Assembly: GCF_004010195.1 (NCBI RefSeq)
Contig: NC_057718.1
Location: forward strand, 73,409,088 to 73,429,087
DNA: 20,000 nt
Source: Chiloscyllium plagiosum
Lineage: Eukaryota
Direction of reading: 5' to 3'
Shown: positions 1 to 9,424 of the stretch, piece after piece
Layout of the letters: every line of letters starts with the position of its first letter
Numbering within the stretch: position 1 is the first letter of the stretch
Program-made: the position numbers and the translations under genes
Notes under the pieces: generated by a model
What the model was told of the DNA's origin: nothing
Databases searched by the model: none
The model's input: the letters and a program-made list of their open reading frames with translations, nothing else

Positions 1-874
1 AAATTCGTTAGCAAACAAGATTAAGGAGAATCCCAAAGCTTTTTATCCCTATATATAAAGCAAGAGGGTAGCCAGGGAAAGGATTGGCCCACTCAAGGGC
101 AAAGGAAAGAATCTATGTGTGGAGCCAAGAGAGATGGGTGAGGTCCTAAATGAATATTTTGTGTCACTATTCACCAAAGAGAATGAATTGGTGGAGGATG
201 ATCTCAGGGAAGGGAGTGTCAAGTTTTTAAGTCAAGTTGTAATTATAAAGGAAGAGGTATTATCCATCTCAAAAAGTATTAAGGTAGATAAGTCCCTGAG
301 TCCTGATGGGATCTATCCCAGAATATTGAGAGAGGTAATTATATGCATGTGAGCCTCACATTGGTGGTAGGGAAATTATTGGAAAAGATTCTCAGGGACA
401 AGATCTATATGCATTTGGAAACGAATAGGCCTATTAGTGATAGACAGTATGGTTTTGTGCAGGGGAGGTCATGCCTCAGTAACTTTATCGAGTTTTTTAA
501 GGAGGTAACGAAGATGATTGACGAGGGTAAAGAAGTTGCTGTTATTTGCAAGGACTTCAGTAAAGCCTATGACACAGTCTCTCATGGCAGATTGTCCAAA
601 AGATTAAGTCACAAGGTATCAGGGGTGAGCTCGCAAGATGGATACAGAACTGGCTTAGCCAGGGTAGCAGTGGAAGGATGCTTTTCAGAATGGAGGGTTG
701 TGACTAGTGGTGTTCCACAGGGATCTTTTTAGGACCTTTGTTGCTCGTGGTCTATATAAATGATTTGGAGAAAATTGTAGCTGGTGTACGCGGTAAGTTT
801 GTGGATGATACAAAGATTGGTTGACTTATGAATTCTAAGGAGGATTGTTGGAAGATACAGCAGGAAATAAATTA

Positions 875-1153
875 AGTCATACAGTCATACAGATGTACAG
901 CACAGACCCTTCGGTCCAACTCATCAATGCCAATGAGATATCCTAAAATAAATCGAGCCCCATTTGTCCACATTGGGCCCATATCCCTCTAAACCCATCC
1001 AGATGTCTTTTAAATGTTGTAATTGTACCAGCCTCCACCACTTCCTTTTGCAGCTCAATCCATGCACGCACCACCCTCTGCATGAAATGTTTCCCGTTTG
1101 GTCCCTTTTAAATCTTTCCCTTCTCACCTTAAACCTATACCCTGTAGTTTTGG
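875..1153 (-). mobile_element. 5'-truncated CR1 3'-end fragment inserted antisense into the first CR1
   Basis: It is the reverse complement of the 3' end of the CR1 at ~16500-16796. AGTCATACAGTCATACAGATGTACAGCA corresponds to the tail TGCTGTACATCTGTATGAC, and CTCACCTTAAACCTATACCCTGTAGTTTTGG matches CCAGAACGCGAGGGCATGGGTTTAAGGTGAG. Confidence 0.9.
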
Positions 1154-1478
1154 CAAGCATGCAGAAGAGGTTTACCAGGATGCTGTCTGGATTGGAGAGT
1201 ATGAACTATAAGGAGAGGATAGAAAAACATGGGTTGATTTCTCTAATGCAGAAGAGGTTGAAGAGAGACTTGACAGAAATCAGTAAAATTTTGAGATCCA
1301 TAGTTACAGTTGACGGTCAGAATCTTTTTCCCAGAGTTGAAATGTATAAAACTAAGGCAAGAGGGAGAAAGTTCAAAGGAGATGTGAGGGATAAGTTTTT
1401 TTTTCAAAGTTTGTGAGAAGATTTGTAGCTCGGGTGCTCGTTGCTGTAGTTCTGTTCGCCGAGCTGGAAGTTTTTGTT

Positions 1479-1518
1479 GCAAACGTTTCGTCTCCTGTCT
1501 AGGTGACATCCTCAGTGC
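1479..1518 (-). ncRNA. Minimal type I hammerhead ribozyme motif (mirror copy)
   Basis: The minus strand reads GCA-CTGAGGA-T-GTCACCT-AGAC-AGGAGAC-GAAA-CGTT-TGC, with intact CUGANGA and GAAA cores. Confidence 0.7.
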
Positions 1519-1558
1519 TTGGGAGCCTCCTGTGAAGCGCTTCACAGGAGGCTCCCAA

Positions 1559-1598
1559 GCACTGATGATGTCACCTAGACAGGGGATGAAACGTTTGC
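1559..1598 (+). ncRNA. Minimal type I hammerhead ribozyme motif
   Basis: GCA-CTGATGA(1562-1568)-T-GTCACCT-AGAC-AGGGGAT-GAAA(1588-1591)-CGTT-TGC. Stem I is GCA/TGC, stem II is a hairpin, stem III is the palindrome ACGT, and the predicted cleavage triplet is GUU. Confidence 0.7.
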
Positions 1599-1850
1599 AA
1601 CAAAAACTTCCAGCTCAGCGAACAGAACCACAGCATAAGATTTTTTTACACAGAGAATTTTAAGAACATGGAATGCACTGTCGGGGTGGTGGTGGAGGAC
1701 ACAGATACGATAAAAGTTTGAGGTACTTTTAGATAGGCACATGGATATAAAAGAAATAGAGGGATATGGACCAAAAGTAGGCAGAAGGGATTAGTTTAAT
1801 TTGATGTTGTGTTTGGCAGTTCCTGTGTTGAACAGTTCTATGTTTTATGT

Positions 1851-2320
1851 ACCTGTCCTGCTACTTTAAGGGACCTGTGGACATACACTTCTTGGTGATT
1901 CCCAGGGTCCTACTGTTCATCATGTATTCCCTTGCCCAAGTGTAAGACCTCCATATTTTTCTGAATTGAATTCTACTTACCACTAATCTATATCCATCTA
2001 TATCCTTCTGTAATCTAAGGCTATTCTCACAATTTACCATCCCACCAATGTTTGTATCATCTGTGAATTTAGTGGGACTCCATTGGATACAGGCTTTCAG
2101 TCAGAAAAACACCACCTGCTTCCAGTCAATTGTGGATCCAGTTGCCAAATTTCTTTGGATCCCAAAGGCTTATTTTTCCTACCAGTCCTCCCTTCAGGAC
2201 CTTATCAAACGTCTTGAGTAGAATCATAACATCCAAAGCATTTCCCTTATCCACACACCTTGTTCCCCTCTCCAAACATTTTGATTAAGTTGGTCAGACA
2301 TGAGTTAACAAAACCATGAT
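1851..2320 (-). mobile_element. Old CR1 RT fragment, antisense, with many deletions
   Basis: The minus strand contains TTTGATAAGGTCC (FDKV, ~2198-2210) and AAATTCACAGATGATACAAACATTGGTGGG (KFxDDTxIGG, ~2041-2070). Boundaries are approximate. Confidence 0.7.
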
Positions 2321-2334
2321 TTACCTAGTAATGA

Positions 2335-2535
2335 CTGGAACTGTCTGGCCAAGGATGAAGGAAGTTGAAGCAATCAATAAATACAAAAGGAAATTGGATG
2401 GACACTGACAGAATCAAACTTGCAGTGCTCCAGGGCCCGAACAGGCAACTCTGACTAGGTTGCTTTGCGGAGAGGTGGCATGGACTTGACAGACCAAAAT
2501 AGCTTCCGATTTTGCTTTAGATGCCTCTGTAACTG
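2335..2535 (+). mobile_element. Highly diverged CR1-like 3' end
   Basis: AAAAGGAAATTGGATGGACAC and GGCATGGACTTGACAGACCAAAATAGCTTC resemble the corresponding motifs in the other CR1 3' ends in this window. Confidence 0.45.
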
Positions 2536-2870
2536 TTTAAATACAACAATAAAAGCATTATTTGCCTTCAATTTTTCAAGCAGTCTAGATTGTTATGATT
2601 CTATTTCTTCATCAAATTTATTTTTCAGGAGAAAACTGTTATGATTGTGGCTCTACATTTCCCTGAGGGTATCTGAATCTTCCAGGCAAGCAACAATTGA
2701 TTTAGATCTGGGTGTGACACCATAGTAGTTTTATTGATATAATGTCCCATGTTTCATTGCCAATGTGCACATATCCCAGAACTAATTAAAATAATAATTC
2801 CTCTCAATGAGATTGTAATGCTGTGAAGAGAAAAATAATTGTACAGGAGAATGATCACGAAGGGCTCTAT

Positions 2871-3089
2871 GCAGAGAGTTGTGAATGCATGGAATGCGTT
2901 GCCAGTTGTGGTGGTGGAAGTAGAGTCATTGGGGACATTTAAGTGACTGCTGGAAATGCACATGGATAGCAGTGAGTTGAGGGGTGCATAGGTTAAGTTA
3001 CTATATTTTACATTAGGATTAAATCTCGGCACAACATTGTGGGCCAAAGGGCCTGTTCTGTGCTGTACTTTTCTATGTTCTATGTTCTA
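2871..3089 (+). mobile_element. CR1 3'-end fragment
   Basis: GCAGAGAGTTGTGAATGCATGGAATGCGTTGCCAG (QRVVNAWNALP), followed by GGGCCTGTTCTGTGCTGTAC and a (TTCTATG)n tail at 3071-3089. Confidence 0.88.
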
Positions 3090-3823
3090 AAAGGCACAGA
3101 TAGATGTTTCTGCGGCTGACGGTGAACATTAGAATGTTGTGCTGCCTTTCTGTTGCCAGGATCAAAGACATTCGGAGAGGGTGCAGAATGTTCTCAAAGG
3201 GGAGAGGGACCAGTAGGAAGTCATTGTATACATTGGAATTAATGACACAGGATGAGAAAAGGCTGAGATTCTGAGGAGAGAATATAGGAAGATAGACAAG
3301 AATTTGAAAAGGAGGTCCTCAAGGGTCCTCTGGATTAGAATTAGAATCCCTACAATGTGGAAACAAGCCCTTTCACCCCACCGACTCTCTGAAGAGTAAC
3401 CAACCTTTCCCGTCCCCGATATTTACCCCTGACTAATGCACCTAGCCTACACATCCCTAAACACCATGGGCAATTTAGCAAGGACAATTCACCTAAACTG
3501 CACTTCTTTGGATGGTGGGAGGAAACCCGCACAGACAGCTGACAGAGGCTGGAATCAAACCCAGGTCCCAGGTGCTGTGAGACAGCAGTACTAACCACTG
3601 AGCCAACATGCTGGAGCTATTGAGGGTAGGAATAGGAGGATAGAGCAGATGAATGCGTGGCTGAGGAGTTGGTGCAGGGAGAAGGATTTACATTTTGGAT
3701 CATTGGAATCTCTTCTGGGGCAGAAGTGACCTGTACAAGAAGGGCAGATTGACCCTGAATTGGAAGGGGACTAATATATTGGCAGGGAGATTTGCTAGAG
3801 CTACTCGGAAGCATTTAAACTAG
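3090..3823 (+). pseudogene. CR1 ORF1 C-terminal part, SGNH/GDSL esterase-like domain (disrupted; interrupted by a SINE)
   Basis: Reading across frameshifts gives RMLCCLSVARIKD, EVIVYIGIND (block III GxND), RRIEQMNAWLRSWC and DHWNLFWGRSDLYKK.....NWKGTNILAGRFARAT...LN*, with the stop at 3821-3823. An esterase-domain ORF1 is established for CR1-clade LINEs. Confidence 0.8.
3334..3613 (-). mobile_element. tRNA-derived V-SINE (HE1-like), antisense, with internal deletion
   Basis: It is the reverse complement of the SINE at 13774-14093. The head is CAGCATGTTGGCTCAGTGGTTAGTACTGCTG with B-box GGTTTGATTCC, and the tail reads TGTAGGGATTCTAATTCTAAT. Confidence 0.88.
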
Positions 3824-3949
3824 TGAGTAGAAGAGGCAGACCCAGGGAGAGAGTGAGGAGAGAGATCAGTCTGAGACTGCACTGTTGGGAAAAGAGCAAG
3901 TCAAACAGACAGGGAAAGTGGGAACAAGGCAGTGAACGAAATAGGACTG

Positions 3950-4950
3950 ATAAATTAATCTTCATTTATTTCAATACAGGAGGCCTAACAAAAAAGGCAG
4001 ATGAACTCAGGGCATATTTGGTACCTGGGACTGGGAAATCATAGCAATTATAGAGATATGGCTCAAGGGTGGAGAGGACTGGCAGCTTAATGTTTCAGGG
4101 CATAGGTACTATAGGAAGGATAGTTTTTGATTAGACATAACATTACGGTTGTACTTTGGGAGGATATTCCTAGGAATATGTCCAGGAAATTTGTTTGGGT
4201 AGAACTGAGGAATAGGAAAGGGATAATCACCTTATTGGGATTGTATTCTAGACCCCCCAGTAGTCAGTAGGAAATTGAGAAACAAATTTGTAAGAAGATC
4301 TCAGTTGGGTGGTTATGGTAGAGGAGTTTAGCTTTCCAAACATAGACTGGGACTGTCATAGATGCCTAGGGCTTAGATGGAGAGGAATTTGTTAAGTGTG
4401 CGCAATAGAACATTTTCTGATTCAATATGTGGATGTACCTACTAAAGAAGGTGCAAAACTTGACCTACTCTTGGGAAATAAGGCAGGGCCTATGACTGAA
4501 GTGTCAGTGGAGGAGCACTTTGGGGCCAGTGAAGATAATTCTTTTAATTTTAAAATAGTGATGGAAAAGGATAAACCAGATCTAAAATTTAAAGCTCTAA
4601 ATTGGAGGAATTTTGACGGTATTAGGCAAGAACTTTCAAAAGTTGATTGGGGGTGGATGTTCACAGGTAAAGGCATGATTGAGAAATGGGAAGCCTTCAA
4701 AAATGGATAACAAGGGTCCAGAGACAGATATATTTCTGTAAAGGTGGAGGGCAAGGCTGGTCAGTGTAGGGAATACTGGATGACTAGGGAAATTGAGACT
4801 TTGGTCAAGTATAAGAAGGAAGATTTGTCAGGTGTAGACAGCAGGGATAGGGCGAATCGTTAGAAGAGTATAAAGACAATAGGAAAATACTTAAGAGGGA
4901 AATCAGGAGGGCAAAAAGAGGACATGAGATAGCTTTGGTATATAGGGTTA
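3950..4950 (+). pseudogene. CR1 ORF2 N-terminal APE-type endonuclease and tether (disrupted, 3'-truncated)
   Basis: Motifs IYFNTGGL..KADEL, YSRPP (~4243-4258), FSFPNIDW, QYVDVPTKEGAKLDLLL and ASEDN (for SDH). 4766-4950 aligns with 14812-14997. Confidence 0.88.
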
Positions 4951-7099
4951 CAGAGAGTGCACTTGCAAGATGACAGCAGTGGAATAGGCAGCATTCAGGC
5001 TCCTGTGTCTGGGCTTATCCTCCTCGCCTGCATTTTTATGTTTTCTGTTTTCTTCTATCCCTTTTTTTCCCCAAACCTATTTTCTAAAGTGAGCTCTTCG
5101 GCAGGAGACAACTTGATGGGGTCCAAAGTGGCAGTGGTGTCCTCAGAGGCAGCTTGACTGCAGAGATGGTTGGCTGGCCTGTGAAGCCTGGAGTGGACTG
5201 TCATTTCTGCATGGAGTGGGCCTCTGACTGAGGCATGGCATGGGCTGGTGTAGCCTGGAGCAGGAAACTCTCTCTGTGGCATAGCATGGGCTGGTGTAAC
5301 AGGCTACTCTAACAATACCAATAACAATAGCTACTTTCTCCTTAACCACCTCCCCATTACTAAGATATAAAACACAGAATTCCAGCTGCAGGAGGCCAGA
5401 CCTTAAATAGCTTCGCTAAAGGATAACGTTTCTGGACATGACTGGGCACAGGTATCTTAAGACGCTTGGGCATTTTTGTTAGGTCATTGCTGACTCCCGT
5501 AGGAGATCTCCTTTAAGTCCATCAGGTGGATCTTATTGCCAGTGTCTCTCAAAGTCGCTATTATTAAATTGGAACGGGTCCTGTTTAACGTAGTCTTGGT
5601 GAAGCTCGGAATCTCTACATCGTTACAGTTTAATGGATGGGAGACAGCTTCAGCACAACTACCAATGTTCAGTTCCCAAACTCCAGGGTGGCACTGACTG
5701 CTTGGTTTCATTCCTCAGTTCCTCAATTCATTTGCCTTTGGTTCCAACTATAAATCTTCTGGTGAAATTTTCAGAATCTTGTAGTATGTGGCCCAGCTGT
5801 CACTGTCATCAATCTCACTGTCAGGGCTAACAGTTACATTACTTTTGCAGTTGATGAGGCCACATGCTCAGTTTCTGATCTGGTTGAAGTCCCATCAGTA
5901 TAGGAGTCATCAACTGTTTCAGTTAATGTTTTTAGTACGGCCATCTGGCACAGCAATTCCAAACAATATGAACCTGCCAGCTTCCACCACAAAGAAGCCC
6001 CATGGGCAGAAATCCATGTCTTTCACAGATACCCATTAGGAATCTTTAGCTTTTGTCCTACACAATGCAGAGACCAGTTTGCTGGCAGCAGGTAACAATG
6101 CAGAAAATGAATCAAAGGAATGATGAAATAACTGTGATGCTGCATTGCATGTGACCATTCAATACATTGTAAACATCCAAGAGAAAACCCTTGTGAAATC
6201 AGTAATTGTTTATCTTCCTTTTTCACCACTCCTATATATATTACCTCTGTGATTTCAGCAGATCTTGAAACAGAATCCTCAGATCCCTGTGCTAACTGCT
6301 CAGATGTTCTTGGCCAACATCTTCTTGATCTGGATGCGAGAAAGGCCCAGCCAATGTCCATGTCATCTGCACTATTAGTCATCAGGGCAGGTAGCATCAG
6401 GTGGGGCTCTGACAATCCAGAGGCAGGGCTCAAGGCAAAAGGGTGAGGGAAGAGCATCCACTTTATGACACACATGCCCTTCCTTGCAAGCCAAGAGATG
6501 GAGAACTCTTTGCTTCACTATTCAGTGAGGCCTGAAGGCTAAGATGAGCATTTTTCAATTCCATAAAGATTAAGGTCGTAGCATGTAGACCACTGTTAAC
6601 ATGCTTTCAATTATCTTCATGCAAGTGGCCGCTCATACGATGAGCATCAGATATCAACACTAAAAGCTAAAACATCATGGCTGTCCTGCCAGCTAGTCTC
6701 CTCCAAACTCTCTGAAATCATGTAGAATGTCTCTGAACATGCTGATTAACTGTCACATGATGTTCCTGCTCCAAAAGCATTCCTATTTGATGGTCTTCAA
6801 CATCCAAATGGGCAGGGCTTTAAGTATACCATGCCTACTAATGGAGAATTTCCACTGCTGTTCAGTCTTCAATAATTATTCCTACTCACTTGTAACGTGT
6901 GAAGTATGATGTGACAATCACTGCCACTCTTGGCAGTGTAAGTGAGGTGGCATAACCAAGGTCCCAGAAGGAGAAATAAATAAAACTTCTGATTAACATA
7001 CAGATCTAACAAGTCTTATATACCACAAAATGGAGGTCCAGTATGATGAGTACATTCATTTCCAAGTATTGTTAAACTATTTATTCCTCTCTGGACTGG

Positions 7100-8075
7100 T
7101 TGACAGTGCATATTGTGACTGTGCTTTGTCAGAGTGAGTGACCTCCTCTGAGGAGATTAAATCTTCCTCCAGCATTCACCTGCTGTGAGGCTGAGGTACC
7201 TGTGGAAGAGGTACAAGACATAAATGCTTCATTGTCATCACTGTACACATTTTCAGTTTTCAATGTTTACTACCATGAATCACCTGATGAAGGAGCGTCG
7301 CTCCAAAAGCTAGTGTGCTTCCAATTAAACCTGTTGGACTATAACCTGGTGTTGTGTGATTTTTAACTTTGTACACCCCAGTCCAACATCGGCATCTCCA
7401 AATCATTGCTACCATGAAGTTAACATGAGTGAATGTTGTGTGTTACAAGACTGTGGGATGTTTAATTCTGTCTTTAGGTATTTGGAGAATCCATCTCTTC
7501 ATTGTTAATGCCCAGGCTTGTTGATTATCAATTATTCTCCAGTGCCTCCGGTATTCAAAATGCAGTTGACTGGAAGGTCATCTCCAGTTCTCTCTTCCAT
7601 TGAGAAAAAGGAAACTCTCAGTGTGAGAACTGAAATGTTTTGAGAGGATGGATGCAAATATTTGTGGAGAGCTATTCTGAGAAATTTAATGTCATTGTAT
7701 TAATTTAAAAGTTAATGTCAGTGATGATCAGATGAGTTTGTGAGATGAGTCAAATGAGATTGATAGATATAAGCATAAGGTATGGCATGTGTGAAAGTTT
7801 GGGAAGGCAGAGTGAGGTGCCTGAGGTTAGTTGCAATTAGAATTTAGATGAATGCAACATGCCTTTCCTATGCTAATAAAGGCTCTTGACCTCTTTTGAC
7901 AACTGCATACAGGAACATGGGACTAGACATCTGCAGCTTACCTCCTCAAGCCACGTTTGACTGTTTGCTTGTTTCTGGAGGAGATTCCTCCTCATACTCA
8001 GGAAACAGAATCTCCCTGTAGGTCCTGACAGCCCACAACATCATGTCTGGAGATGGAATTCTTAATTGTGGTCCT
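7100..8075 (-). pseudogene. Decayed Myb/SANT-like (MSANTD-type) DNA-binding protein gene, probably from a PIF/Harbinger transposon
   Basis: The minus strand across frameshifts gives MMLWAVRTYREILFP...TSKQ..VA/EEVSCRCLVPCSCMQ/CQKR (~8045-7890). A second segment gives RTGDDLPVNCILN..EALE (~7595-7535), resembling the TGGG motif. An acceptor TCTTCCACAG lies at 7209-7200. This is by-eye similarity only, and the 3' limit is uncertain. Confidence 0.5.
7280..7405 (+). mobile_element. Short PLE/retrozyme-like insert beginning with a hammerhead motif
   Basis: It has a perfect 10-bp TSD, CTACCATGAA, at 7270-7279 and 7409-7418 (13 bp with one mismatch). The motif is CAC-CTGATGA(7284-7290)-A-GGAGC-GTC-GCTCC-AAAA-GCTA-GTG, with the GAAA core mutated to AAAA. 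Confidence 0.8.
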
Positions 8076-8166
8076 TCAATGTGTCTTCCATTCCTGTAAT
8101 TCCTACATCTTAACCCATGGAATGCATTGCAGTCTCAGATAACAATACTTGCAGTAACTTTGCAAT

Positions 8167-8230
8167 TTAGAAAACAGAACAAAAAGTAGGAGCAGGAGTA
8201 GACTATGCAGCCCTTCAGGCCTACTCTGCC
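8167..8230 (-). mobile_element. Short CR1/SINE-type 3' tail fragment
   Basis: AGTAGGAGCAGGAGTAGACTATGCAGCCCTTCAGGCCTACTCTGCC; its reverse complement resembles a CR1-family 3' terminal stem region followed by a simple tail. Confidence 0.5.
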
Positions 8231-9424
8231 TGGTTGAGTCATTTGAACCACTTTAACTCAGAGGCTCTAACTCAGAGTTGCAGACATTCTAGAAGATCAT
8301 GGAAAAGGAGGATTCTCTGGACACTTTGGAGGTATTATGTCAATAGGTTGGTGTTCCAGACAACAAAACAGCACCATTTCCTATCTCTCACATCTTGCTT
8401 TTGCCCATGCAATTACAATTAAAATTCCAAAAGTGCCAATGATGTGCAAGGAAAGCTCAGGCAATTCAGAGGCAGGGGAAACAATTTTTTGGTAAAATAA
8501 GACACTAACTGACGATGTTTTAGCTATGGCTGGCCAATGGAGCCTCCTTGTTAAACAGAATGCTCCAGTGCTACAGATTCCTCTCAGTTCCAATGATGAG
8601 CTCATTTGCACTGTCACGTGTGAATGTCAAGTAAGACCAGCCATATGTTTCAGTGATACCTCCCTGCAGGTTCTCATTTGATCTGTAAGAAAAAGGGAGG
8701 GGGGCAGAGCTGTTTCCTGCAGATGGCTTCAGAAAGCTTACCCACTAATAAAGGGGACCTGGATCGTGGTCACAGAGAAGGTGAGAAGCTGTTAAAATAG
8801 AACCCGGGCATGGTACAACAAACAGGATAATCATGTATTCCAGTTGGTCAGAGTAAGTGTTTGTATCCAGTTGAGGTTTCTTATATGTGGAAGTGAGCAG
8901 TTACACCAAAAAATGAATACATGATCAGCATTAGTGCCACACGGGCAGCTGATGTAAAATCATATTGTGGAAGTGTGATCTTTGTTTGCACTTGGATGTA
9001 TTGTGCACTATGACAAGCTAGTCCATGTGAGTGGGATGCAGACAAGGGAGTAGGATGTCACTTGATGTATCACTGAATCTGACCATTGTCATGCAGAAGT
9101 TGTAGACCAACAATACTCGGTGTCAAGGAAGGGAGGCAGACAGAAGGAGAAGCTCCTGACAGCCATTGGAAGGAGATGCTTAAGATTGCGAGTGAAGAGG
9201 GAGTGCAATCCATTGAGGATGGCAAGGCTGGGCACAGTGTGGCGAAAATGTATCCAAGATTGTCCATTTAAGAAAGTGCAACACAGCAATAAATCATTGA
9301 GCCTGGGAGACAGTGATAACATCACTGAATCCCACTTCCAGAATGAATGAGCTGGATTTGCATGTTATTAATTGTTTGACTCTCTATTGGTAATTGGGCA
9401 AGCAGCCCTGCTTAATGCAAAGGA

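Larger units (their letters stand above)
1405..1634. mobile_element. Penelope-like (PLE)-derived short insert: head-to-head inverted pseudo-LTR palindrome with hammerhead motifs
   Basis: 1443-1538 and 1539-1634 are inverted repeats (96-bp arms, 5 mismatches, no loop, centre AAGC|GCTT). The left arm extends ~38 bp further. It is flanked by the TSD-like ATAAG(T/A)TTTTTTT at 1391-1403 and 1635-1647. The PLE assignment is inferred from architecture. Confidence 0.8.
1..1850 (+). mobile_element. CR1-clade LINE, decayed ORF2 (RT region) plus 3' end, with internal deletions and two nested insertions
   Basis: ORF fragments give VDKSLSPDGIYPRILRE, VSLTLVVGKLLEKILRD, QYGFVQGRSCLSN, DFSKAYDTVSH, SGVPQGS, KFVDDTKIG (~795-821) and QKRFTRML. 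It ends in a TTCTATGTTTTATGT-type tail at ~1836-1850 and is co-linear with the CR1 copy at 14813-16796. It begins before the window. Confidence 0.92.

Noticed and set aside
1243..1545. 100-aa minus-strand ORF
   Set aside because: It is a chance frame across the palindrome and antisense CR1, with no recognisable domain.
1443..1634. Palindrome as a MITE, terminator or pre-miRNA
   Set aside because: The insert is asymmetric (extra 38 bp on one side), has a ~13-bp TSD and carries hammerhead cores, which fits PLE inversion better. The context is eukaryotic, and the stem is too long and loop-less for a typical pre-miRNA.
6023..6475. 150-aa minus-strand ORF as a host gene
   Set aside because: It has no recognisable motifs or clear splice structure; it may be low-complexity residue of the Myb/SANT-like remnant, but that cannot be supported.
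9086..9350. Possible second Myb/SANT-like remnant (WKE...WAQC-like words) among overlapping short ORFs
   Set aside because: It needs several frameshifts and the similarity is too weak to call by eye.
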